From Eledone cirrhosa (lineage: Eukaryota): a stretch of 64,000 bases of DNA. This document shows, piece by piece, positions 25,191 through 36,104 of the stretch (position 1 is the stretch's first letter; each line of letters begins with the position of its first letter). Below the pieces are notes generated by a model, which was not told the origin of the DNA, did no database searches, and saw nothing but the letters and a program-made list of their open reading frames with translations. Made by a program: the position numbers and the translations under genes. The stretch spans positions 362,700,001 to 362,764,000 of the forward strand of contig OZ024741.1 in the NCBI GenBank assembly GCA_964016885.1, in the 5' to 3' direction.

Positions 25191-25545
25191 CAGAGGTTAT
25201 ATTTAATTTGTTGGGATTCAACAAGCTTAAACATTTTTATAACTGATATAAAGCACTCAACAAATTAGTGGAGTAAATACACAATATATTAATAAGTGGA
25301 AACTATATTTATAAAACCATATTTATTTTATTATATATATTTCAAGGGCAACCAAGGCAAATTATGGTGCGCTTTCATCAGATAAAATACAGATTTGTAG
25401 ACAACCTTAACGGTTGGAGCTTCCTATCCAGGAAGCTCCAACCGTTAAGGTTGTCTTTTTTCCGGGTATGTCAATATTTATTTATAAAACAAATCTGTAT
25501 TTTATCTGATGAAAGCGCACCGTAATTTATTAATATATTGTATAT
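25190..25545. mobile_element. Fold-back remnant of Penelope family B
   Basis: Homologous to the termini of 38059-40740. Contains nested inverted repeats and a complete minus-strand hammerhead at 25324-25389. Confidence 0.8.
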
Positions 25546-25961
25546 ATATATATGTCACACATACGCATATACATATATGTACACACACATATAAAGATAA
25601 TTGTTTCTACTTTTGGCACAAGGCCAGCAATTATCCCAGTGTATTACTGGTACTTTATTTTATCGACCCCATAAGGATGAAAGGCAAAGTTAACCTCGGC
25701 GGGATTAACTTTGCCTTTCATCCTTACGGGGTCGATAAAATAAAGTACCAGTAATGTACTGAGTTAATTGCTGGCCTTGTGCCTAAAGTAGAAACAATTA
25801 TTAAGACAGTTGAGAGGAAACAAAGTCAAATAGTCATTTTCATTCAAGGAAATTATCAGTTGTCTGTGATCATAAAACGAAGAATTACAAAATATACAAG
25901 ATTCCTGATGATTTCTAAAGAATGAAACAGTTCTAGTCCTGTAGAATCTCATCTATATTAA

Positions 25962-25964
<3 letters not shown>

Positions 25965-26051
<87 letters not shown>
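25965..26051. repeat. (TA)n microsatellite
   Basis: Uninterrupted TA run. Confidence 0.95.
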
Positions 26052-26054
<3 letters not shown>

Positions 26055-26335
26055 TCCCGCGCTAGTTTATTTTTATCTAGGTAAAAAAAAAGAAATAACA
26101 CACACACACAAAAGAAAACACAATCATCCTCTGTTGTAACGTGTATAGAGTATGCGAGTCTCGGGGTTGATTAATTTCTAGTGATTTGTATTTCGTAAAT
26201 TACATAATATTCATCATAGAAATTGTATTTACATGTACAAGTATGTGAGATTCTAAATAAATATACATAAATTGTAGACTTAAACGAAGGTGATTGGCGG
26301 AATTTCTCTTGCTATTGTGTTCTATTTAGTAGTGA

Positions 26336-27475
26336 CTAGCAGAATGGCCCGGCGTTGCTCGGGATTCTAAACATAGATTGGTATGTTTATTCCTCCTTTC
26401 TGAAACAGTACAGAGAAGTACGGAATGCCTCGGCCTTGCGACCGTCGAATAGCAGATTCCACTGACGATTCGTTTGCCCGCCTTGTTCTTTTTCTTGCTG
26501 CTTTCGCCGTATTTCGGCCAATGGAGTATCTCTTCCTTCGAGCCATGACCTAAAAGCAGGACGAGGTACACTAAGACTAACTGGTAGAGTAAGGGGTAAA
26601 CTCGTCAGTGATGCATGTGATTTCCGAACCGTTGACTATGTAATTGCAGGCCTTGTGCCAAAAGTAGTAGGACTTTTGGGGTGGCATATCGGCAGTAACA
26701 ATGACGATAAGCCCTCTGTGCTTTCATGAAATAAATACGTTTGTTTATATTTTGTTTTTGTGTATGCAAAAATATCTGTACACGAATATATAATTATATT
26801 TATATATATATATATATAACCAAAGATTAGTATGGTTCGTTGATTACTCAACGAATACAATATTACAATAGATTAGAAGCACTCAACAAGAGATTTTCCT
26901 GGAGTTTTTAATATTATTCAAAATGTTAACAAATAAAAAATATTTTCATAATCAAAATATATATTTTATACATATTTCAAAGGTACTATAGTAAGTACGT
27001 TTTCATCAGACAAAATATATGATTTGATATATGACATACCGCTACGGTTTTGATTATTCAATTCCAGTATTGGCAGTCACATATCAAATCATATATTTTG
27101 TCTGATGAAAACGTACTTAAACACCATTGTACCTTTGAAATATGTATAATAAAATATATATTTTGATTATGAGAATATTTTTCATTTGTTAACATTTTGA
27201 ATAATATATATATCTATCTAAAGCAGAAGGGATATTCAATTTGCGACGTTATAACTATATATCTATCTATCTAAAAAGACAGACTAAGAAAGAGAGAGAG
27301 AGATCGCTAACCAGCGCCTAATGCGGTCCCTAGGGCATTGAACATTTTAAATATGTTTTGCTCAAAACACTCACACGACCATAAGTATTGCATGTATAAA
27401 GTTTGAAAAAAATCGGTTTGGTGGTTCTCGAGTTTTAGGGAGACAGACAGACATTCTCTGTTTTAGATATATAGA
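26336..27475 (-). mobile_element. Non-autonomous Helitron-like element, possibly composite, with a nested PLE fold-back
   Basis: Minus strand begins A|TCTATATATCTAAAAC and ends with a GC hairpin (cccgagcaacgccggg) then CTAG|T, which are canonical Helitron ends at an AT target. Confidence 0.6.
27094..27156 (+). ncRNA. Type I hammerhead ribozyme motif (family C) within palindrome 26911-27207
   Basis: TATTTTGT-CTGATGA-AAACGTAC-loop-GTACCTTT-GAAA-TATGT-ATA-ATAAAATA. A mirror copy lies on the minus strand at about 26962-27017. Confidence 0.75.
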
Positions 27476-28653
27476 TGGTATTAACTAGAATAATACGCCA
27501 CGTGTGTTTGTATATTTATATATAGCCCTGTCTGTAACTCTTCAACATTTTTACACATAAACACAATGCATTTCCTATCTCAGTCATGTCACAAGGTTCT
27601 GAGTTCTAACCTTACATTTATCCTTGTAAATAGGTATTTCTCCAAAGTTAATCATACATATAATCGTGTATGTCATTTGTACACATATGCTGAACATTTA
27701 TGTAATGAGAAATATAATAATTGCTTCTACTTTTGGCACAAGGCCTGCAATTATACCAGTGTATTACTGGTACTTTATTTTATCGACCCTGTAAGGATGA
27801 AAGGCCGAGGTATATAATAATACAATGCTTCCAGAACGAAAGCACAAACAAATATAATATAAAGGAAAGAGGAAAAGAAAAAAAAACACAGAAGCAGGTA
27901 GCACACACATCTAAGACCACTTCCACGTGTCAGTAACCCACATAAGGTTTCTCTTATGTAAACCATTAATTTATTAAAACGCAAATTTCCCAGTTTGTAT
28001 GAATGTTTATACATCCAACCTACCAATCCAATTTTAAAAGAAACCACTCCAAGACTCCAAATATTAAATACGTTCAACATTATTGCTATCATTAGTGACA
28101 GCACAGGTTCACTGTAGTACGTAATACATAAAGAAAACCACTTTGTTGTTAAGTCATCGTTTTACATATATACGTATTAGTAATAAACAACATTACACAG
28201 TCCTTCGTTTTGAGTAGACATTACGTACCACTGCATTCCGACAATCTTTGAGGATTATTTAATCATATTTACATTCATTTAAATCTGTTACAATAATTTT
28301 CTTTCGTGTTTTCTTTAGTCATAATCATACATAATTTAATTTTAAACGTTTTCTTTTTGTAATAAATCATTCAGAATTTACATATATAGTTCAATCAAGT
28401 ACCGTTCATTATAATGTCATCGCTCGATTAGTTACGGAAAGAGCTGAAATGTGATGTCAACTTGAAACGAAAGAATGCCACAACATTGAAGGATTCAATT
28501 TAAACATTCCACGGTGAAATAATTTTATTTTGAAGAGCTTCTATTTAATGAATAAATAAAAAGGCTCAAGCAGAAGTCAAACATTGATTCAACAATAAAA
28601 GTACTGCGGTCACAGCCCAATGGTTTAAATCACTAGTCTCTCTTTGTACACAC

Positions 28654-28692
<39 letters not shown>

Positions 28693-28756
28693 CTTCCACT
28701 ACAGGAATTAATGATTCAAGTACCTTAGCGGTATGTCGCATATCCAATCTCTTATA

Positions 28757-28819
28757 TATTTTATCTGATGAAAACGTACTGAAACACCATTGTACCTTAG
28801 AAATATGTATAATAAAATA
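28757..28819 (+). ncRNA. Type I hammerhead ribozyme motif (family C)
   Basis: TATTTTAT-CTGATGA-AAACGTAC-loop-GTACCTTA-GAAA-TATGT-ATA-ATAAAATA, with an 8-bp stem I. Confidence 0.72.
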
Positions 28820-28849
28820 TATACCTTGGTTATGATATTTCTCATTTAC

Positions 28850-29274
28850 TCTTCACTGGCGGCTCGCCTAATAGAAGTAACTGGCGAATCTCGCGAGGGC
28901 GCTTGGCTGTTTCAGCGCATCAGCCTCGCCATCACTCGAGGCAACGCTGCGAGTGTGCTGGCTTGCCTCAAAAATCATTGGAGAGGTTGCCCAGTACTCC
29001 TCGCGACGTTGCTGTCTTTTGCTCTGGTGTTGGCTCGGTTGTTCACCCCCTTCCTTTACATTTTCTTTAATATTGCAACATTAAAAGAATATATCTTTCT
29101 GAATGAATTGCGAGCTATTTATAATGTTATCTAAGCATTTGTAATATTATTTATGTATTCTACTGTAAATTTATTTATATGCTCTGTTTATATTTTCATT
29201 CTGAAAGAATTGCAAACGATTTGTAATGTTATTTATACAACTATGAATAAAATTAAATGTTTATAGAAAAAAAA
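28850..29274 (+). mobile_element. CRE-clade retrotransposon 3' end inserted into a family C PLE remnant
   Basis: LAARLIEVTGESREGAWLFQRISLAITRGNAASVLACL, then a 3' UTR, AATAAA and an A-rich tail. Family C sequence resumes afterwards (attttgaataatat). Confidence 0.8.
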
Positions 29275-30521
29275 TATATATATTTTGAATAATATTATAT
29301 ATATATTATATATATATTATTCAAAATATAAAAATTTTTTTTTTCTATAAACATTTAATTTTATTCATAGTTGTATAAATAACATTACAAATCGTTTGCA
29401 ATTCTTATAAATATAGTTTCCATTTGTTAATATATCGTATTTTTACTCCAATAATTTGTTGAGTGCTTTATATCAGTTATAAAAATATTTTCTTGTTGTA
29501 TCCCAACAATTTAAATATAACTTCTACATATATATATATATGTAGAGGTTATATTTAATTTGTTGGGATACACCAAGCAAAATATTTTTATAACTAATCT
29601 GCCTTGGTGGCCCTTAAAATATGTATAATGAAATAAATATGGTTTTATAAATATAGTTTCCATTTGTTAATATATTGTATATATATATATTCAAGTAAAG
29701 GAACGTTGGTTGGTCAATTAATCGACCGATTGTAGTATAAATCGACATAAGCATTCCACAATGTGAGTCCTTTAAGGTATTAACTATCAGTGTCAACGAT
29801 GAAAGTACCAGTCAGGTACTGGCTCGATTTAATCGACTTTCCCCTCTCCCAAAATTGTTGGCCTTATGCCTAAATCAGAAACCAATATTATAAAAAAGAG
29901 AGACGGTTTATGTATACATCCTCTGTTTATTATATATATAATTTACAACCACTTGAAGGAGTGAGACGTTTATATCTATGAGATCACTGGTAATGCATGA
30001 ATATGTCAAACTGTTAACATAACATTATGCACTAATTTCCTTTTTCGGTCAGTTGCACTTTCACCTGTGAGTGTGTGTATAGCGAGATATGAAACAATAT
30101 TCGTGCGAAATTAATGAACATTGACTTATGTAACAGCAGTGTAGCTCCGAGCTAACATTGCCATTCTGATAGTTTTGAATTACCTTTAATACACAATAGA
30201 AGCAACTGCAACATATAGCCCAACTATACCATACACACTGGTGGGGATAAATATTTACGCAATATTTACAAATGCTTGAAAGGAACAAAGGCAAAATAAT
30301 AACCATGACACAATGATTTAAAAAAATTAATGTTTATGATTAAATTAAGAAAACTCTTCTCAAGGATATCATTTATAATTTAAGTCGAGAATTAAGATGT
30401 TTGAGTCAGTACATATCCGCGTAATCGCCCGTAAAAATAGTTAAATGGAAACAATAGGTAAAATAGAGAGCGAAAAGAGGATTGTTTGAAGATTTAATTC
30501 AAACAAATAATTCAACAGGTG

Positions 30522-30527
30522 TTTATT
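30522..30527 (-). other. Candidate polyadenylation signal of the phosphatase gene
   Basis: First clear AATAAA I found on the minus strand downstream of the stop codon, about 510 nt away. Confidence 0.35.
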
Positions 30528-31039
30528 TAGTTATATGATTCAATAATGTACAGCAAGTGTGGAGTACAAGGCTGTAAAGAGTAGAAATATGTGTAGTAGT
30601 AACGTGTTTTCGAATAAACACTAACAAACCTTGCAATATTTTGTAGCTTATTGCTGTGGCAGTAGGTTTGAAATGAAGTATAAAATATAGAGAAGTTTCC
30701 TCAACTAACAATTGCTAAAAAAAAACATTGATATTATTATTATCATTATGGTTCCAGAACCATATAAAGAGATCAACAATGGATAAAATGAATTCTAGAA
30801 AATATAACTTTTAATAATAAAAAATCTTGAAAATAATTTTTTTTTCAAGACGCATTAAAAAAGAATCAACAACATACATTATATACACACATATATACAT
30901 ACATACATATATACACACAATCCACAATGAATGAGGTAAAAAAAAATGTTATTTTTGTTGTGTTTTTTACCATCAAACGATGAATTGATCGGGTTATGTA
31001 AAGGTGTCTATCTTGGTTGTGTTTATAAAATTGTGTAAT

Positions 31040-31885
31040 TCACTTTGGATAAAGTCGAGTTAGTGTATCTTTTAATCCTTTGTGCGGGTAAATAAACCTT
31101 CTGTTGTAAACAAACTTATAAGCTTCATCGTAAGACATATCTGGATTAGTATAAAACACGTAAGACACAACGGTGGATCCTGCACGGCCGATACCAGCCC
31201 GACAGTTAACCAACACCTTAAATGACTTGTGTGAGGCCAACCATTCGACTGCTTCCTTAATTTTCCAGTCATCTATCGGATTGTGGGCACCGTCGGGCAT
31301 AGGAACCTTTTTGTAGATTAATTTACTCTCGGGTTCTAAAACAAGATCTAGATTTTCTGCAACATTTAAAACTGCATCAAAACCAAGATTTTCAGCTTTA
31401 GTAGCAGCTATAAAGTTACCAAGGTGAACATTGTCCAGTATGTGGTTAAAATCGGGTCCCTGAGTCCATTTGTCCATAGTAGGTGGGGAAATGTTGATTA
31501 TTCCGTCTGACTGATAAGCATTTCTCCATTTCCAATCGGAGGTTGCAGTGTTGTGGCGGATTCTAAACGTGAACTGGTAAATTCCGAACCCTGTTAATAG
31601 AACAGATTTGCCATATATTAGATGATGGTATGATTTGCCATCATGATCGTTTTCACCTAGTTGTTCTGAATCACGCTGAATAAATGGTAAATCTATTCCA
31701 TGCCAACAACCTTCACTGTTTTCAGCTTGGTAAATATTTGTCCATGCTTGTACTCGAACCGTGTCGGGTGACGCATCTGATTCTAAACGTACACACACTT
31801 TAAAAGTCATTGCTTCCAACATGTACATATGATTCCAGGATGGAATGGACGGTGCTGTCCATACAATGATCTCTTCGTCTTTCAT
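31040..31885 (-). CDS. Intronless dual-specificity phosphatase with a Trp-rich N-terminal domain (281 aa; laforin-like layout)
   Basis: Uninterrupted ORF from ATG 31885; the ORF-track start at 31927 is a GTG. The C-terminal half has DSP hallmarks: HILDNVHLGN, AVLNVA, a D-loop VPMPDG, a P-loop VLVNCRAGIGRAGS, and DEAYKFVYNRRFIYPHKG. No TE motifs. Confidence 0.9.
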   Translation of the reverse strand: MKDEEIIVWTAPSIPSWNHMYMLEAMTFKVCVRLESDASPDTVRVQAWTNIYQAENSEGCWHGIDLPFIQRDSEQLGENDHDGKSYHHLIYGKSVLLTGFGIYQFTFRIRHNTATSDWKWRNAYQSDGIINISPPTMDKWTQGPDFNHILDNVHLGNFIAATKAENLGFDAVLNVAENLDLVLEPESKLIYKKVPMPDGAHNPIDDWKIKEAVEWLASHKSFKVLVNCRAGIGRAGSTVVSYVFYTNPDMSYDEAYKFVYNRRFIYPHKGLKDTLTRLYPK

Positions 31886-31990
31886 GTTCGATAAGAAAAT
31901 TGGGTTATTCAAGTAAACAAATAGCACTTTACTTCTGAAGTGTCCACAAGGTATAACTTTCGGAGGTTACAGTTACTTTGAAATAAACAT

Positions 31991-32025
31991 TGACTGCAGA
32001 AATGTCATTGGAAAGGGTTTTTATA
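31991..32025 (-). promoter_or_regulatory. TATA box plus initiator of the phosphatase gene
   Basis: Minus strand TATAAAA starts at 32025 and an Inr-like GCAGTC has its A at 31995. That is 30 nt spacing, about 110 nt upstream of the ATG. Confidence 0.65.
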
Positions 32026-32075
32026 TCGACAAGAGCCTTACAACCTGTCTTTTACTGTTTACTTATTCACTCGCA

Positions 32076-32164
<89 letters not shown>

Positions 32165-32918
32165 ATATGTTTCTCACACTCTGTTTCTTAATACCAGAGT
32201 AAATGTAAAAATTGGTCAGAGAATAAATTCGGTCTGCTTCCACTTAAAGTGCTGTGTTGTTTACCACATAATTCCCACTAAAACTGGCTTTCTATAAGCC
32301 TACTTTATATAACATGTCAACAATTCACCACCACCCCTCCCTCTATCTTTATATAGATACACATACACACACACATATATAAATATATATATATATATAT
32401 ATAATTTTACATCCTCCTCTTATTTCCTTATCAGAATGTTTACGTCAATTCAGTACCATTGCTGCTGCTGCTGTTATTGTAATTGTTCTCTGTATTATTA
32501 ATATTGTTCTTGCTGTTTAGTTCAGATCAGCCCTCATCGAGCAAACCTATCACATCATCAAAGGCATTCCATTCGCGACCATCCCGTCTTAGGACTATAT
32601 TATCTGGCCAACTCTTATAAGCCTTTTATGTTGACGTGAAAGTAAAATTCGATGAATATGACAGAAAAGACACGCACAGTAATTTTTCATAAAATTTGAA
32701 ATGTGTGCGTCCCAATACAAATGATCAAAATAATAATCGATCACTTTAAATAATAGTTGAGAAGATCGAGTAAAGTATCTCTGGAGACGAACAAAAGTGA
32801 ACAGAGGCACCTGCGAAAAATCGAACTCTGCATCTCGGATGCCAGACGAGTGCGTTAAGCACCGCGCTAAAGAGCTGCAGGCCACAAATTCCATCTTTTT
32901 CGGTTTTAATCCTGTAGC

Positions 32919-33418
32919 TAGTTGACTTAGGAAGCACTGGGAGAAAAAAATTGAAATGTGTGCGCCCTAACACAAATGACCATAATAATAGTCGATCGCT
33001 ATAAACAGGGCTGGATTTAGACGGGGGGGGGGGGGCATACACAAACAAATTAGAATCCCCCCCCCCCATTTTACATATCAAAGTTAGCTTGGCGCAAGTA
33101 ATTGGAATTGAAAAGTTATACATACAAGTATTAAATTCTAAGCTTCATAAAACTAAAAAGCCTAGCTGAGGGCACAAATAAATTACTACAGCCATCGCCT
33201 GTAGCCCCTCGCCCATCACTGCAGTGCTCATGGGGCAATTTCCCCCTTTCTCCCCCGTTAAATCCGACCCTGACTATAAATAATAATTGTAAAAATCTGG
33301 TAAGATAACTCTTGAGACGGAAAAAATGGACAAGGGTGTCTCTATTCACTATTACTGTATCTTTTGCTTTGGGACGCACACATTTCAAGTTTTCCCAGTG
33401 CTTCTTAAGTCAACCAGT
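32919..33418. mobile_element. MITE with ~50-bp TIRs containing a nested hAT MITE (33006-33272)
   Basis: Outer TIR gttgacttaggaagcactggga..ttgaaatgtgtgcg has its reverse complement at 33371-33418. The inner element is cagggctggattta...taaatccgaccctg with an 8-bp TSD (g/a)ctataaa. Confidence 0.7.
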
Positions 33419-33939
33419 TGTTTATACACGCACATATACCCCCCCCCCCCCCCCCCCACACACACATACACATACACACGTGTTCTGCCTAGTCAGGGCA
33501 AGATTTATAACCATCTTAGAACTCGATGTGTTGTTGATGCATGTGAATATCTAATCGAAGCAGAGTGTCGTCCATTTTTATGGAAAGATGATATCCTTGT
33601 ATATGTCGCTGAGTATTCAAGACTAGGGTCAAATACGTAATAAAAGACCAAGAAAAACTTATTCTTTCATTCTTTCACATTGTGTATGTATGTATGTGTG
33701 TGTGTGTATTTCCGTAGGAAGGGTAAAAGAAAGAAGAGTGCTCTATGTATGCTACAGAGCTATTTAATTTAAATATGATCCCTTAGAAAAATAGATGGTT
33801 TTGTTTCATAGACCCAGTGACAAGATTAAGAGGTTTGGTATCAAAAGATTTGACTTCCTAATATAATTTTTATAATACACGAGGTTAACTATAAACGTTA
33901 GAACATCTTACTGATAAAATGACAAGTCACTCAATCATA

Positions 33940-34460
33940 TTGGTGGCCCACCCACAGCTCCGGCGGACAGGATGGAGAAGGCGTTTCCCCGGAGGACGGC
34001 AAGGGAGACGCGCTAGAAAAGCCATTCCAGCTCGCGGGGCTCACACCTGCGGCTGGCCAGCTCAGTGCCTATGGTGGTGAGTAGGGAGGTGGCCCTAGGG
34101 CCGAGGACACCAGAAGTCTCCACTGCCAGGGGTACAACCGCAAACCTGTCGGAGAGCGACCGGTATTTGAAGAGTTTGGCCTCCTCGGCCCGACGTGCAG
34201 CAGAACCTGGGTCAGTCGCAGACTGCACCAGGTTGCGACTGGAGAATGTGTCGGTGCAAGTGGCATCCCAGACAAGGGGTTTGCTACCGCGAAACGGGAA
34301 GATGGTCATGCCATCTGGTCTTTTGCCGTCCCCTCGGTCCAGCCGCACCGGCTCAAGCTGGGAAGGGAAGCCTGCAGCGTCCAAGCCATCCTTTATGACC
34401 TCGTTGAGGGCAGCATGGCGTTGAAGGTAGCCGGTACTGTGGCGACAGGAAAGCGGGTGG
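33940..34460 (-). mobile_element. CRE-clade retrotransposon 3' fragment (zinc knuckle and RLE)
   Basis: HPLSCRHS...RHAALNEVI...LEPVRLDRGDGKRPDGMT...WDATC...VPLAVETSGVLG...WLF, a PD-(D/E)xK RLE pattern. Confidence 0.88.
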
Positions 34461-35484
34461 ATATATATATAATACCCAATTCATCAGATTTTACCTTCCC
34501 TTCAATATAGAAGGCTTGTAGGATTTGTTGGATATTACCCTTTATCTATATTTTTATTTTCTAAGACAGTGTGTAGTTTGATGGATATTTGTTTTATCGA
34601 CCCCGTAAGGATGAAAGACAAAGTTAACCTTCGTTGGATTTGAACTCAGAATGCAAAGGCAAAGGGGCGTAACTATATACCGCAAAGTATTGTCCGACAT
34701 TCTACCGATACTAACAAGCCCTTTTTTAAGCACATAAAAACAATTAATTATTGATAGGAACCTCACAAATATAAGTGTTTCTACTTTTGGCACAAGGCCA
34801 GCAATTGCCCAGTGGTACTTTATTTTATCGACCCCGTAAGGATGAAAGGCAAAGTTAACCTCGGCGAGATTTGAACTCAGAATAGCAAGGGCCGTAACTC
34901 TATGCGTCAAAGCATGGCGTCCGACCCTCTACCAATACTGCCAATTCACAAATATAATGCACAAAAATATATGATCAAAGCGAGAAAAAGGAAAGAAAAA
35001 ACTAACAAACAAAAACAACCACAAGGGTCAACGGAAAATTTATGAAGTAATGAATAATCTAGTTTCTCCTCCCCTTTTTCAAAACAGTTGAGTGTGATTT
35101 GTAGTTTGATTTGATAGCTATTTCTAGAAGATCAAGCCATCATTAGCAGCTACGTTTTTCGTGGTAGAGTTAATGCAGGGTTAAGATAATAATGATTTTT
35201 GATTTAGGCACAAGGCCAGCAAAATGATTGTATCGACCTCAGTACTTGACTGTTACTTTATTTATCGACCCCGTGGTAGAAGATATAATTGTTTCTACAT
35301 TTAGCACGAAGCCAGCAATTTGAAAATAAAGGGGATGTCGATGAAATCGACCCCAGGTTTTACTGATACTTTATTTTATCGTCCCTTAAGGATGAAAGGC
35401 AAAGCTAAGCTTTGTGATATTTGAACTCAGAACGTAAAAGTCCGTAACTATATGTTAGAAAGCATGTTGTCGGACACTCTAGGT

Positions 35485-36104
35485 AAATGTTTCCCAACGT
35501 GAGCGCTAGTGACCTCTTGTGTTGAAAGGGGGTGCTGGGAGTTTTATTTCATTTGGTGGGCATTTTATCTATTTTTTTTCTTTCAAATTTTCTTTCAAAT
35601 TTTCAAAAAATTAAAAAACACTTTTTCCACTTTGGCGGCACCAAGCGAATTCATGCCACCAGGTGTAACTGGTGTTGCTAAAGTGAAACCTCCAAAATAA
35701 AATAAAAAACCCCAAAACAGATGAATGGTGACAGACGACTAAAAGAAAAAAAAAATGAATATAAGCAAAAAGCTGAATGTGTGTATTTGTGTGCAAATAT
35801 ATAAAGAATGGTGGTCAGAATTTTGGATGAAACTGGCTTTTGGGAGTGGCTGATATGTATGTGTTTGTATGTATATGATTGCATGCATGCATGTGAGTGT
35901 GTTGCCATTTTGAATTCCTTTCTGCGATTGAACTTAAATCGACCCCTGGTGATTAAAGGCCCAACCACACACACACACACATTTGTTTTAGGTTTTGTAC
36001 CCATTTGATGTAAGATGAATTCAGTATCTTATTTGAAATTTAATTTGACAGGGGGGTGTTGACAAAAAAAGTGTGCACTGACTGAAAAAAGTTGAGAAAC
36101 CCTG
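35485..36104. mobile_element. hAT (Charlie-type) non-autonomous element
   Basis: 8-bp TSD ctctaggt at 35477-35484 and 36105-36112, with imperfect TIRs ..gtttcccaac / gttgagaaaccctg. Confidence 0.65.

Noticed and set aside
27775-28104. 109-aa minus-strand ORF
   Set aside because: Non-ATG start, ends inside a SINE, and has no recognisable domain.
31886-31927. N-terminal extension of the phosphatase in the ORF track
   Set aside because: Starts at GTG; the first ATG downstream of the TATA/Inr is at 31885.
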